Positions 20,090 through 31,160 are shown, numbered from the stretch's first letter. The stretch is DNA of 64,000 nucleotides from Candidatus Dojkabacteria bacterium UBA2259 (GCA_002347605.1 DDXN01000001.1:9701-73700); one strand, 5' to 3'. The notes: generated by a model not told the origin, from the sequence alone. Made by a program: numbers and translations.

Positions 20090-21814
20090 ATGGATTCATC
20101 AAGAGACCAAATACAAGAGATAAAAGAGCGCCTAGATATTGTAGATATTGTTGGAAAGTATGTTCAATTAAAACAGACTGGAAAGAACTTTTCAGGTCTC
20201 TGTCCATTTCATACTGAAAAGACACCCTCCTTTATAGTCAGTCCTGAGTTACAAAGATACAAATGCTTTGGATGTGGTGAGTCTGGAGATATATTTAACT
20301 TTGTTCAAAAGATAGAAAATATTGACTTCCCCGAAACCTTAGAGAAACTTGCAAAAGAAGCAGGTATTACATTGAGAAAACAAAATACAAACACACAATA
20401 TCAAAGGATTGAAGAGATAAATAAAAGGGCAACAATATACTTCTTTAGAGAGTTAAAGAATAAAAGAAATATTAAGGTACTTGAGTATGTATATAGCAGG
20501 GGGATTACTGATGATAGTATTAAAAGCTTTGGCTTAGGATACTCTCCCGGAGGAATAGGCCTATTAGATTTTATCCAAAAAGAGGATAAATACTCCAAAG
20601 CTGAGCTACTAGCTTCTGGTCTCTTTGTTGAAAAGGAAGGCAAACTTAGGGGAAAGTTTTACAAAAGGGTAATGTTTCCGATTAGGTCTAGCTCTGCAAA
20701 GGTAATCGCATTCACAGGAAGAGTGTTACCAGGCAATGATTTCGGTCCTAAGTATATGAATTCTCCAGAGACCCCAATATATCACAAAAGTGATAACCTC
20801 TATGGTCAATACGAATCAAGACAAGAGATTAGAAAACAGGATTTAGCAATAGTATGTGAAGGAACAACTGATGTAATATCTTCTCACCAAATAGGTATAA
20901 AGAATATTGTTGCACCTTTGGGAACAGCTCTAACCAAAGAACAGTTAACAAAAATATCTAAGTTGACAAAAAATGTTCTCTTTCTCTTTGATAGCGATAG
21001 TGCTGGCCAAAATGCATTAGAAAAAGCCTTTCAACTTTCCCAAGAGCTATCCTTGAATACTTATGCTGCAAATACTCTCCCATACAAAGATATTGATGAG
21101 ATGATTAAAAAGAACCCAAAGCTATTTATTAAGCTTGTTAAAACAAGAATAGATGCATACACCTATCTACTCGCTCAATTTATCAAAGACAAGGATCCAA
21201 ATAAGTTCGAAGATTATCATCGGATTGTTTCATGGATGGAGAGTATGCTTTCTCATGTCAAGAATCGTTCAAATTTTTTATTCTATGTGAAATCGTCTTA
21301 TCAAATGACACGAATTCACCCATTCAAAAAAGTCTCTAATAAAGCCTTTTCGGATGATGAGGGTTTTCGTGGAAATTTGGCACCTCAAAAGCCTAGTAAA
21401 GACGCCATATTTTTACAGCATCTTCTTTTTCAAAATAATTTTAACGTCTGGAAAAAATTTGATATAAAATTTTTTGAAGATGAAAAAATTTTGGAAATCC
21501 TTTCCTTTGTTTCACAAAACCCTGATTCTAATAGGGAAGATATACTATCACATTTTGAGGAGAATCCCGTTATTAAAGGATTAATTGAAGATAGCATCTT
21601 TTCTTTCTCAAAAGGAGAGAGTAATATTGAAGAATTAGAAAACATATACAACAATATTGTAAAGGATTACTACAAACGAAAAGAGCTTGAATACAATATG
21701 AGAATAGCCTCAGCTGAACAAACTGGGGATTTGAAAGAAAGCGAAAAGCTTTTTAAAGAGTTTCAAGATTTAACAAGAGAGAAACAGAAATATGAACAAA
21801 ATAGCAGATTATGA
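20090..21814 (+). CDS. dnaG: DNA primase
   Basis: CPFHTEKTPSF..KCFGC, PKYMNSPET, CEGTTD, FDSDSAG. Confidence 0.98.
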   Translation: MDSSRDQIQEIKERLDIVDIVGKYVQLKQTGKNFSGLCPFHTEKTPSFIVSPELQRYKCFGCGESGDIFNFVQKIENIDFPETLEKLAKEAGITLRKQNTNTQYQRIEEINKRATIYFFRELKNKRNIKVLEYVYSRGITDDSIKSFGLGYSPGGIGLLDFIQKEDKYSKAELLASGLFVEKEGKLRGKFYKRVMFPIRSSSAKVIAFTGRVLPGNDFGPKYMNSPETPIYHKSDNLYGQYESRQEIRKQDLAIVCEGTTDVISSHQIGIKNIVAPLGTALTKEQLTKISKLTKNVLFLFDSDSAGQNALEKAFQLSQELSLNTYAANTLPYKDIDEMIKKNPKLFIKLVKTRIDAYTYLLAQFIKDKDPNKFEDYHRIVSWMESMLSHVKNRSNFLFYVKSSYQMTRIHPFKKVSNKAFSDDEGFRGNLAPQKPSKDAIFLQHLLFQNNFNVWKKFDIKFFEDEKILEILSFVSQNPDSNREDILSHFEENPVIKGLIEDSIFSFSKGESNIEELENIYNNIVKDYYKRKELEYNMRIASAEQTGDLKESEKLFKEFQDLTREKQKYEQNSRL

Positions 21815-22718
21815 TACATATGACTATGACTACAGTACATACTGGAACAAAAGAGAGTATGAACATAAGTCAGAGATATTAGTATTGGAAAAATTACTAA
21901 AACATAATAGTGGAAGATGGTTTCTTGATATAGGAGGCTCTTTTGGGAGATTAACTAAAACATATTCCAAAAGATATACAAATCCCGTTATTGTTGACTA
22001 CTCATTAAAAACATTACAAAAAAACTACGCTTCTTTAAAAAAGGAAACTCCAAGTATAGAATTAATAGCTGCTAATGCTTACTTTCTACCATTCAAAAAC
22101 AATACATTTGATGGATCCTTAATGGTAAGGGTATTACATCATATTGAAAAACCAAAAGAGTGTGTAAGAGAAATATATAGAGTGCTAGGCCATAATGGGA
22201 TATACATACAAGAGTATGCAAACAAACTACACATAAAGGCCGTAATTAGAGCGATATTAACATTAGACTTCTCGCTTTTTAATAAGGAACCGTATCAGCA
22301 GCCTGACAAACACCATTACGAAGGAACAAAAGAGGGTTCGAAGGTACTCTTTTTCAATTATCACCCACGTTGGATTGCTACTCTTTTGACAGATATAGGC
22401 TACAATATTAAGAAAAAGTATGGTTGCTCCTTTCTTAGATTAAATATTCTAAAAAAGCTTTTGAGTACTAAATTCCTACTCTTTTGGGAGAATATATTCC
22501 AATATACTCTTTCCTGGTCAAATATTTCTCCAAGCATATTTATTAAATCCCTTGTAAACAAGAAAACTGAAAATACAGAAGAACCTAATGATTTCGCCTC
22601 CATTCTTCTTTGTCCCAGATGTAAAGGAAATTTAGATATACAAAACAACAGGGCAATATGTAACAACTGTAAAAACGAATACCTTAAAAAGGAAAATATT
22701 TGGGATTTTAGAATATAA
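21792..22718 (+). CDS. class I SAM-dependent methyltransferase with C-terminal Trm112-like zinc ribbon
   Basis: FLDIGGSFGRL, LPF.NNTFD, VLHH; tail LLCPRCKG...CNNCKNEY. Confidence 0.85.
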   Translation: MNKIADYDTYDYDYSTYWNKREYEHKSEILVLEKLLKHNSGRWFLDIGGSFGRLTKTYSKRYTNPVIVDYSLKTLQKNYASLKKETPSIELIAANAYFLPFKNNTFDGSLMVRVLHHIEKPKECVREIYRVLGHNGIYIQEYANKLHIKAVIRAILTLDFSLFNKEPYQQPDKHHYEGTKEGSKVLFFNYHPRWIATLLTDIGYNIKKKYGCSFLRLNILKKLLSTKFLLFWENIFQYTLSWSNISPSIFIKSLVNKKTENTEEPNDFASILLCPRCKGNLDIQNNRAICNNCKNEYLKKENIWDFRI

Positions 22719-23447
22719 ATGAAAGCTAAAAAATCTTTAGGTCAGAATTTCTTTATTAACAAAAACTTAGGTAATCATATTCTTAATATACTTAAAGATA
22801 CCCATTGTGACTCCGTTGTTGAAATAGGCCCAGGTACGGGTTTTTTTACCGAGAAGTTACAGGAGATATTTACCAATGTTACTGTAATTGAAAAAGATTC
22901 TGAACTATCAAAACAATTACAGCAAGAATTCCCCAATATTCAGATAATTAACCAAGATTTTCTTGAAACCAATCTAGATTTAATTTCAAACAAGGATTCC
23001 TTCTTCTTTGGTTCTTTACCTTTTAATGTCTCAAAACCAATTATACGAAAGATTATTGAAAGTAATCATTTCTTAAATCCTGCCTTCTTCATAATTCAAA
23101 ATGAAGTAGCAAAAAAGTATTTATACAAACCACCATATTCTCCCCTCTCCCTATTAACTTCAGTATATGCTGATTGTAAAAAAATCCTTGATATATCACC
23201 TGATTCTTTTAGACCAAAACCCCACGTAAACAGTAGCCTAATATCTTTTTTACCAAACCGTAAAGAAGTAAAAGATCTCTCTTTACTGGAAAGCTTAATA
23301 AATAGCGCGTTTAAACATCCAAGAAAAAATATACATAACAATTTAAAGGGCACAAAATTTGAAAAAGGAGCTTTCGGATTTCTCACCCTAAGACCTGGGC
23401 AACTATCCTTAGACGAGTATCTTAAGATTTGTGAATATTCTCTTTGA
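22719..23447 (+). CDS. rsmA: 16S rRNA m6,2A dimethyltransferase
   Basis: KKSLGQNF, VEIGPGTG, SLPFNVS, SFRPKPHVNS. Confidence 0.95.
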   Translation: MKAKKSLGQNFFINKNLGNHILNILKDTHCDSVVEIGPGTGFFTEKLQEIFTNVTVIEKDSELSKQLQQEFPNIQIINQDFLETNLDLISNKDSFFFGSLPFNVSKPIIRKIIESNHFLNPAFFIIQNEVAKKYLYKPPYSPLSLLTSVYADCKKILDISPDSFRPKPHVNSSLISFLPNRKEVKDLSLLESLINSAFKHPRKNIHNNLKGTKFEKGAFGFLTLRPGQLSLDEYLKICEYSL

Positions 23448-23467
23448 TCTTTTGATATAATTGGTGG

Positions 23468-23914
23468 ATGAAAAAGCAAAAGAAAGAGAAACAGTTACAA
23501 TTTGGTCTAAAAAACACTCCCCAAAATGTATATTACAAATACAAAAAACAGTATGAGCTTTGGTTGGCTGGTCTTGAAACAAAAAAATACATTAAAGACC
23601 CATTAACTTGGTTTTCAATTATTCTCTCTCTCTCTCTTATAGCTACACAGATATATCTGATTGAAACTAAGGAGAAAATCCCTAACAAAGTAGCTATTCT
23701 AGGATATTTCCTTAATCCCTCAGAAAGATTAATGTCTAGCGACTATATCTACCTGTTTCCACTCATATGCATAGTAATTCTCATCCTAGCAATTGCTCTT
23801 TCAAACAAATACTACCACAAAGAAAGAGATCTCTCTAAAGTAATTATAGTTGTAACCCTTCTTGCTAATCTCTCTCTCTGTTTGATATTTCTCAAATTAT
23901 TTTTAATTTTTTAA
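23468..23914 (+). CDS. hypothetical membrane protein (3 TM)
   Basis: Three hydrophobic segments; preceded by TGATATAAT. Confidence 0.7.
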   Translation: MKKQKKEKQLQFGLKNTPQNVYYKYKKQYELWLAGLETKKYIKDPLTWFSIILSLSLIATQIYLIETKEKIPNKVAILGYFLNPSERLMSSDYIYLFPLICIVILILAIALSNKYYHKERDLSKVIIVVTLLANLSLCLIFLKLFLIF

Positions 23915-23916
23915 AT

Positions 23917-25125
23917 ATGGATATCTCAATACCAACAAAGTTCCTTGAAAAAATACTACAAATTGGAAATCTCAGTATCTCATCTCAGTATGATAAATAC
24001 TTAAATTATTGGCCACTATTCCTTTTCGGATTACTACTCTCCTTCCTGTTATTACCCATAATTGGAAAAATCGCAACAAAATTTGGTATTACATACAAAC
24101 CAAGAACAAAAAGAAGAAATAGGGAGTTTGATAATCCCGAGAAAGCCCTCCATGACAAGGAAACTCCCGCATTGGGAGGACTTGCAGTAACAATACCCGT
24201 ATTGATACTAATCCCTATACTCTTTAGATTAGATCCCTTTACCTTACCTATTTTCCTAGCTATAGCAGTTCTTGTTATTGGCTCTGTACTAGACGACATC
24301 TTTAACCTACCATCAAAAGTTCAACTTGGATACCAAATCCTAGCTGCTGGAATAATTGCTTTCTCTGTATTAGATCTATCCCATGTTAGCTTTTTTACCA
24401 ACGATTTTCTTAACTTAGCGGGAATAAGCTGGAGTGCCAAGATTTTCTCCTTCCCAATCTCATTTGTATTCCCAGGAGATTTAATACTCCTAGGTTGGAT
24501 ACTACTCTGTATTAACTCTGTAAAATGGGTAGGAGGCTCTCCAGGTTTGGTAGAATCCTACTCCCTAGCAATCTTCCTTCTCATCTTTGTCCTTGGTATA
24601 AGTACTTTCTCATTATTTTCATCAAGTTTAAGCATATTAATATCTGGATCTTTAATCTCTCTGTTGTACTTTGCATTTCCACCTCCTAAGATTATGTCTG
24701 GTTCAAGTGGAAAATCCATCTACGGTTTTCTAATCAGTGTACTGGCACTACTAAGTGATGCAAAATTCTCAACAACAATTATGCTACTAGCATTACCAAT
24801 AATTGATGCTTTTTACGTTATTATTTACAGATATATAACATACAAACCAAAGAATATCTTAGAACTAATGAAGATAAATGATACCTCTCATTTACATCAC
24901 CAATTGCTTAAACTTAATTTCTCGAACAGGCAGATTCTCCTCATAGAAACATCCTTTTCTCTGCTTGTTGGTTCCTTTGCAATCCTTTCAACTGGAGCAT
25001 TAAGATACTTCGCTTTGATATTTGGAATAGCCTTGGTAATCGTGTTTGTTGTATATATAAACTACAGGGCTAGAATGAAGGAGAAAGACAAAAAAGAGTC
25101 TCCTGAATCAAAATACTCATACTAA
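23917..25125 (+). CDS. MraY/WecA (PNPT, glycosyltransferase family 4)-like membrane protein with degenerate catalytic motifs
   Basis: TPALGGLA, LDDIFNL and HLHHQLL retained; the NxxDGxDGL and FMGDxG equivalents are altered. Confidence 0.8.
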   Translation: MDISIPTKFLEKILQIGNLSISSQYDKYLNYWPLFLFGLLLSFLLLPIIGKIATKFGITYKPRTKRRNREFDNPEKALHDKETPALGGLAVTIPVLILIPILFRLDPFTLPIFLAIAVLVIGSVLDDIFNLPSKVQLGYQILAAGIIAFSVLDLSHVSFFTNDFLNLAGISWSAKIFSFPISFVFPGDLILLGWILLCINSVKWVGGSPGLVESYSLAIFLLIFVLGISTFSLFSSSLSILISGSLISLLYFAFPPPKIMSGSSGKSIYGFLISVLALLSDAKFSTTIMLLALPIIDAFYVIIYRYITYKPKNILELMKINDTSHLHHQLLKLNFSNRQILLIETSFSLLVGSFAILSTGALRYFALIFGIALVIVFVVYINYRARMKEKDKKESPESKYSY

Positions 25126-25165
25126 TTTCTAGACAAATCACGGTACCCTGATATAATTGATATAT

Positions 25166-25819
25166 ATGAAAAAATGGAAACCTGCCCTCATAATTATGCT
25201 ACTTGTCATACTCCTTTCTGTCTTCTTTTTTTTCGTTCCTCTAGATAATATTGTTAAGAATATTCCTGTCATAAAAAGCTTTTACAAAAATACTACACTA
25301 GATATAACGACTCCAAATGGGAAAGCTACTGTAAAAATAGATGGAAAAGAGTATGGGGATACTCCTGTAAATATCACAAACCTAGTAGCTGGAACCTATC
25401 AAGTTGAATTGAATAGGACATCACAAAAAGAGGGTTTTTACAAGCCCCATTTCTTTAACATTGAACTAACGAAAAACTCAACATCAAGAATAAATATGGA
25501 GATAGGGCCTGGTGATTATCTACATGGAGTCGTCCTTTTCTACATAGAAGATAAAACTATTGAGTCGGGAAAAGGGAAAATAATGCTGACCTCTAGCGCA
25601 GATGATGCAAAGGTATATATTAACGATGAGTACTTCGATACAACCCCACTTACAAACATTGTGCTTGAAAAAGGGGAATATAGTATCAAATTAGAAAAAA
25701 CAACCTTTGAGGATTTAGAGTTCCCAATTGTAGTTAGTGCTGGTCATGTATTGAATATCAAAGGGTATCAATTCCCTCTTCCTATAACTTTTGTAACAGA
25801 GAAAAAAGATGAGCAATAA
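25166..25819 (+). CDS. PEGA domain membrane-anchored protein
   Basis: N-terminal TM; two PEGA-like repeats (ATVKIDGKEYGDTP, AKVYINDEYFDTTP). Confidence 0.85.
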   Translation: MKKWKPALIIMLLVILLSVFFFFVPLDNIVKNIPVIKSFYKNTTLDITTPNGKATVKIDGKEYGDTPVNITNLVAGTYQVELNRTSQKEGFYKPHFFNIELTKNSTSRINMEIGPGDYLHGVVLFYIEDKTIESGKGKIMLTSSADDAKVYINDEYFDTTPLTNIVLEKGEYSIKLEKTTFEDLEFPIVVSAGHVLNIKGYQFPLPITFVTEKKDEQ

Positions 25820-28817
25820 AGAGGATTTAAGTAAAATTAAAGGACAAACCCCTATCTCCGTAATAGTACATGGAGGCAATTATATATCTTTCTTACTCGC
25901 AAAAACCCTTCTTGAACAGGGTAGCCATGTTGTAATGATAGATAAATACACAAATACCTCAAAACAGTATTTTACTGAGTTAAAAAAGACTGGAAGAGTC
26001 AGCTTCATAGATTTTAAAGGTCTTAAATCCTTCTATGAAAAAATTGCGAGGGTAGACTACCTCTACTACATGCTTGGCGAAAAGGTTGAAGGAAGTAAAA
26101 ATGTTGATAGTAAAGACTTTCTTTCAGAAACTGACTATCTTAACCAAAGCTTAACATGTGCTAACAAATACAAAGCGAAGATGTCACTAATTACCTCTTT
26201 GAGGTTAAACAGAGAGCTTTCAAATAGAATAAACAACGAGAAAGATGGAAAAACAAAACCATACTCCCCACTTGAGTTACAAAGGTATGGAGAGAACTAT
26301 ACTGCAGAGTATGTAGACAAAACAAAAGCCAATTTACGAATAATTAGATTAGGAACAGTAATTGGGAAAGGAGTAAATCAAATATCAGATGATACCTTAG
26401 ATAAGCTATTTACCGATGCAACTCAAAGACACCAAATTGATATCGAGGGAGAGGGTTTAGAGATACACAACATTATTCATGAAAGTGATGCAATATATGG
26501 AATACTTAAATTAACATTCTCGGATGATACAAAAGGGGAGGTAGTATCTCTCTGTAATAAGAACGATTACTCAACTCTTTCGATTGCATATAAATTACTT
26601 GAGCTAGATGTTGAAGCAAAGGCTATAAAATTTGTTGAAAGAGAAGATAGTAGTATGGTACTTCAAGATCTCTATGTCCCAGCACCAAACGCTTCTGAAT
26701 ATGGATGGAAACAGAATGTCTCCTTAGAAGAAAGTACACTTGACCAGGCTAAGGCTTACTACGAGAAATCAGATAAAAAGTGGGAAGGAGACAAAACAGA
26801 GGGAGTATCAAAATACAAGGTCCAGGAAGATACAACAAATGTTTCCAAAACCAAACTCGGAAACATGCTTGCCTCTCTTATCAAGCCCTTTAGAGTCCTC
26901 ACTAACCCTAAACAGCTTTTTAAAAAGATTGACTATTTAAAGATATTAAAATGGGTATCACTTTCTGCACTATTTCTTTCCTTTGTATACTTCTTTTTGG
27001 CACCATTAATTAGTATCTCTTTAGGTGGAATCTTAATATACAGACAAGAAAAATCCCTAGAGGAGTCCATCTCTAATCTCGATTTTGATAATATTGAAAA
27101 AAGTACTTCCTCTCTTTCAAAAAATGTCTCTAAAATTGAAAACAGTTTAAATCGATTGTTTTGGGTATTTGTAATAACAGACCTAAGAGGTGAATATACA
27201 AACCTCTTCCAGGTTGTCCAGGGAACTAAATATATTGCAGAGAGTGGAAAGGATTTGGTTGTAGGATTAAAACCTTTAGGACAATATATTAAAGATTTTC
27301 AACCATCAATACGATTAGAAAACAGCAAGCCAGAGACAGTAGAGGAGTACAACCAGTATTTAGAATCTATCGATGACAACAAATATCTCATAAAAGAGGG
27401 AATATACAAAATGTCTCTTGCTCAAAACCTAATTACAACAACCAATACAAGTAACTTCCCACCCTTTTTAAAGAATTTTGTGTTTGATTACAAAGAGTTG
27501 GTTACAAATATTGACAATATAGTTAAACCCTTAGAAAAAGTCTCTCAGTTTCTACCTGATATATTGGGATTAAATGAAAGAAAAAGATACCTAATACTAC
27601 TTCAGGATAACGGAGAGATAAGAAGTACAGGAGGAAGAATATCTAGTTACGCTATTGTAGCAATAGAGAACGGCCAGATAAGAGAGCTTTACGTTGATGA
27701 CGCATACAATGCACAAGCGATACTAAATCTTAAAGGCTACTACTACAGACCACAAAACTCCCTAGTCAGGGCACTTCCTAGCACTCCATTTGCCCTACCT
27801 TTGGTAAACTGGGATCCAAACCTTGATAATGTGCTTCTCTCTTCAGAACAGTTTATCTATGACCTTGGAAAAGGAGACTCTCTTGATGGAGTTATTACTC
27901 TCGACATAGTCTTTTTACAAAAACTCTTAGATAAATGGAATGGTATTCAAGTTCCAGGAGAAAGCGAACTAACAACCTCAGAAACTCTTTACTCAAAAAT
28001 ATTCGAAACATACTCAGAGGAGGGACCAAATACTCCAAGTAAATCTACATTTCTAACAGACTTCTTTAACGCAGTAATCACAAAGATATTCTCAACCAAG
28101 ATAACGGATAGTAAAGATATTTACAATACAATATCGGAGACAATTGAAGAGAAACATATCCTTTTCACCTTTAAAAACTCAATGGCCAGATCCTATGCCG
28201 ATGACAGAGGATTCGATGGGAATTTAGATGCCAAATTCCAAAGTGCCCCAATTAATATTGATTGGAATTGGGGAAATAACAAAGCTAATCTGTATATTAA
28301 GAAAAATCATACACTAGATATATATATAAAGGATGAGAATACAATTGACTATACATACCAAATTGCTATACAAAATGACTCAACAAAAGAAGAGTACCCA
28401 CAAGGAACATACAAAAACTATGTAAGAATATATATACCATACAGTGCAACAGTAACTGGAATAAAGGGGATTACAAATAACAAGTATGATGTATACGAAG
28501 AGGGTGGATACAAAGTAATTGCTGGGTGGTTTAATATCCCAATTAAAGACACTTCAATATTAGAAATAAAGTACAGGGTATCCAATCAGAGTAATGATTC
28601 TAACTTCCTTTTAACTAAAGATGAAACTCATTACAAAATGGATATAAATATATACAAACAGCCTGGAAGTAGAAAAGATGCATATAATCTCTCAATTAGT
28701 TATCCAACTGCATGGGTAATTGAAAGTAGTGATGGATTAACAAGAATAGAAAACAATATAAACAGAAGGTTTGAACTATCCTCAGATCAATATTTCTATC
28801 TATCTTGGCAAAGATAA
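25809..28817 (+). CDS. degenerate NAD-dependent epimerase-like domain + TM + DUF4012-like extracellular domain
   Basis: Rossmann-like start (VIVHGGNYISFLLAKTLLEQG), IIRLGTVIG; YLILLQDNGEIRSTGG, NWDPN, NKAN, YKNYVRIYIP, KQPG. Confidence 0.75.
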   Translation: MSNKEDLSKIKGQTPISVIVHGGNYISFLLAKTLLEQGSHVVMIDKYTNTSKQYFTELKKTGRVSFIDFKGLKSFYEKIARVDYLYYMLGEKVEGSKNVDSKDFLSETDYLNQSLTCANKYKAKMSLITSLRLNRELSNRINNEKDGKTKPYSPLELQRYGENYTAEYVDKTKANLRIIRLGTVIGKGVNQISDDTLDKLFTDATQRHQIDIEGEGLEIHNIIHESDAIYGILKLTFSDDTKGEVVSLCNKNDYSTLSIAYKLLELDVEAKAIKFVEREDSSMVLQDLYVPAPNASEYGWKQNVSLEESTLDQAKAYYEKSDKKWEGDKTEGVSKYKVQEDTTNVSKTKLGNMLASLIKPFRVLTNPKQLFKKIDYLKILKWVSLSALFLSFVYFFLAPLISISLGGILIYRQEKSLEESISNLDFDNIEKSTSSLSKNVSKIENSLNRLFWVFVITDLRGEYTNLFQVVQGTKYIAESGKDLVVGLKPLGQYIKDFQPSIRLENSKPETVEEYNQYLESIDDNKYLIKEGIYKMSLAQNLITTTNTSNFPPFLKNFVFDYKELVTNIDNIVKPLEKVSQFLPDILGLNERKRYLILLQDNGEIRSTGGRISSYAIVAIENGQIRELYVDDAYNAQAILNLKGYYYRPQNSLVRALPSTPFALPLVNWDPNLDNVLLSSEQFIYDLGKGDSLDGVITLDIVFLQKLLDKWNGIQVPGESELTTSETLYSKIFETYSEEGPNTPSKSTFLTDFFNAVITKIFSTKITDSKDIYNTISETIEEKHILFTFKNSMARSYADDRGFDGNLDAKFQSAPINIDWNWGNNKANLYIKKNHTLDIYIKDENTIDYTYQIAIQNDSTKEEYPQGTYKNYVRIYIPYSATVTGIKGITNNKYDVYEEGGYKVIAGWFNIPIKDTSILEIKYRVSNQSNDSNFLLTKDETHYKMDINIYKQPGSRKDAYNLSISYPTAWVIESSDGLTRIENNINRRFELSSDQYFYLSWQR

Positions 28818-29162
28818 TTACACTAATACTCTCTCTTTTTCTTTCAGATAGAGATACAAATCTAAAATCTCTTCTACAGATGTTTCCTTCATAGATGCGA
28901 ACTTCCCTATCTCTTCAACATCCAAATCTGTATTAATAGGCATTCTATTACTAATACCAATTGGTTTAAAAAATGTTGCTATGTGATTAGATTTACAATT
29001 TGGGCATGAGAAGTGTATAATACTTGATATGTTCGTGTCCTGTATTATTTCTAGATTACTCTTAGAATAAAGGTTACCACACTTGTCACAAAATTTAGCA
29101 ATTGTATCAATAAAGAACTGCTTCTTTTCATCTAAATTGTTTATACTTGAACGTTTTACCAT
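28818..29162 (-). CDS. small zinc-ribbon hypothetical protein
   Basis: CDKC...CPNC pairs; own extended -10 element. Confidence 0.75.
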   Translation of the reverse strand: MVKRSSINNLDEKKQFFIDTIAKFCDKCGNLYSKSNLEIIQDTNISSIIHFSCPNCKSNHIATFFKPIGISNRMPINTDLDVEEIGKFASMKETSVEEILDLYLYLKEKERVLV

Positions 29163-29186
29163 ATCTAATTATACCATAACAAAATT

Positions 29187-30272
29187 ATGAGTAACTCAGC
29201 GAAATCAAAACATATTCAAGAATTAGTTAAGAAGGGAAAAGAACAAGGCTTTCTTTCTCAGGAGGATATCTTAGAGGTATTTCCCACTATTGAGGAGGAT
29301 ATTGTACTGTTGGATGATATTTTTAGAGAGTTACAAGAAAATGATGTAGAGGTATTAGAGCCCGAAGAGGATACTGTATCTGACAATGAGGAGTTAACCT
29401 TAGAAAAAAAGATTAGAATACTAAAAACAATTCAGTCAAGTCTTTCAACCGACGCAATTAGATCCTATCTTTATGAAATAGGAAAGATTCCACTTCTAAC
29501 GGGGGAGGAGGAGGTAATACTTGCAAAAAGAATAGAAAAAGGAGACAAAGAAGCTGGACAACTTTTAATAACAGCAAACCTTAGATTGGTTGTAAGTATC
29601 GCTAAAAAATATAGTAAGAGTGGCTTAGAGTTATTAGATCTAATCCAAGAGGGAAATATCGGATTAATGAGGGCTGTAGAGAAATTTGACTATCACAAAG
29701 GATTTAAATTCTCAACATACGCTACATGGTGGATTAGACAGGCAATAACTAGAGCCATTGCAGACCAGGCAAGAACTATAAGGGTACCTGTTCATATGAT
29801 AGAAACTATTAATAAATTCAACAAAGTAAATGGTACTCTTACAACAAGATTGGGAAGACAACCAACTGATGAAGAGATAGCAAAAGAAATGGATATTGAA
29901 TTAGAAAAGATAGCCGAAATAAGGAAGATAAAACAGAACCCTTCCTCTTTAGCAACACCCATAGGTGATGAGAAAGATAGTAAATTACAGGATATTCTTC
30001 CTGACGAATGGTCACAAAGTCCAGAAGATTTTGCTACTGCAGAATATTTGAAAAACCAATTAAAAGATATTCTAGACTCTTTACAAGATAGAGAAAGGAG
30101 GGTCCTTTCACTTAGATTCGGATTGACAGATGGGGTAACAAGAACATTAGAAGAGGTTGGTAGAGAGTTTGGCGTAACAAGAGAAAGAATAAGACAGATA
30201 GAAGCAAAAGCACTTAAAAAACTAAAGGAGAAGTCCTCTGAAAAGAAACTGGACGACTATATAGATACTTAA
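29187..30272 (+). CDS. rpoD: primary sigma factor RpoD (sigma70/SigA)
   Basis: Region 1.1, [62 protein letters not shown]. Confidence 0.98.
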   Translation: MSNSAKSKHIQELVKKGKEQGFLSQEDILEVFPTIEEDIVLLDDIFRELQENDVEVLEPEEDTVSDNEELTLEKKIRILKTIQSSLSTDAIRSYLYEIGKIPLLTGEEEVILAKRIEKGDKEAGQLLITANLRLVVSIAKKYSKSGLELLDLIQEGNIGLMRAVEKFDYHKGFKFSTYATWWIRQAITRAIADQARTIRVPVHMIETINKFNKVNGTLTTRLGRQPTDEEIAKEMDIELEKIAEIRKIKQNPSSLATPIGDEKDSKLQDILPDEWSQSPEDFATAEYLKNQLKDILDSLQDRERRVLSLRFGLTDGVTRTLEEVGREFGVTRERIRQIEAKALKKLKEKSSEKKLDDYIDT

Positions 30273-30526
30273 TTGGTAGAATCCTCTTCTCCCTCTGTCA
30301 TTTCAAAAAAGGAATCAGGTTGAATTGCAAAACCATTTTCTATTTTCTCTGACACTAAATCGAGAATCTCTTCGTTAAATTTTGGGCTTAGTGTCTTTGT
30401 ATATCTTTCTGCATTTGGGTTAATAGTTGTTAGGGATTTACTTGAAAAAACAGCTATTCCTCCCCACACAATAGCGATTATTACTGACAAAAGAATTATT
30501 ACAAAATATTTTCTAAAAGTTTCCAT
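30269..30526 (-). CDS. small membrane-anchored protein downstream of pilO
   Basis: One N-terminal TM; co-oriented 4 bp after pilO. Confidence 0.65.
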   Translation of the reverse strand: METFRKYFVIILLSVIIAIVWGGIAVFSSKSLTTINPNAERYTKTLSPKFNEEILDLVSEKIENGFAIQPDSFFEMTEGEEDSTN

Positions 30527-30530
30527 ATTT

Positions 30531-31160
30531 TTAATCGTAAAAGTTTACATTCTCTATCTGATATATCCTTAATCCAAGAGAGTAATCAGTATTCCCTCGT
30601 TCATCAACATCACTGCTATATGAAATACTTTCGATAACTGGAAACATTGGTAATGCCTCTAAATCTTTAAGAAAACTTATTAGATTTATTCTATTCCCTG
30701 AAACTGATAATCTCACTGAGTATGGCTTTAAAGCTGATGTTTTTAATTCTGTTTCCGTTTTTTGTGATTTCTTCTGATCCGAAAATCCAATGGATTTAAG
30801 TACAAAATTATTTCTTGTTACAATCGCATCTATGTTTGCTAAAAACAAACTAAAATTCTGGGATGTAGGAAATATTAACGTTAAATTCTCAAATGTCTCT
30901 CTATTTTCCGTGTACTGTCCATCTAAACTTGTTAATGCTTCTAGTTTACTCTTGAGTGCAGATGATATTTGCTCTTTTTTCTTTATCTCAGAGTTAATAT
31001 TCTTCACTGTTTTAAACGTTGGAACCAGGGCAAACACAATTAATAGTATCGCCACTATATATGTTAAACCTGTGAAAATCATCTCTCTTTTCTTTCCTGT
31101 ACCACCTTTAACCATTTTCACATATTCAACTTTTCTTGCACTACTTTCTAATGTCCCCAT
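30531..31160 (-). CDS. pilO: type IV pilus assembly protein PilO-like
   Basis: TM, coiled coil, ferredoxin-like tail (VSGNRINLISFLKDLEALP). Confidence 0.8.
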   Translation of the reverse strand: MGTLESSARKVEYVKMVKGGTGKKREMIFTGLTYIVAILLIVFALVPTFKTVKNINSEIKKKEQISSALKSKLEALTSLDGQYTENRETFENLTLIFPTSQNFSLFLANIDAIVTRNNFVLKSIGFSDQKKSQKTETELKTSALKPYSVRLSVSGNRINLISFLKDLEALPMFPVIESISYSSDVDERGNTDYSLGLRIYQIENVNFYD

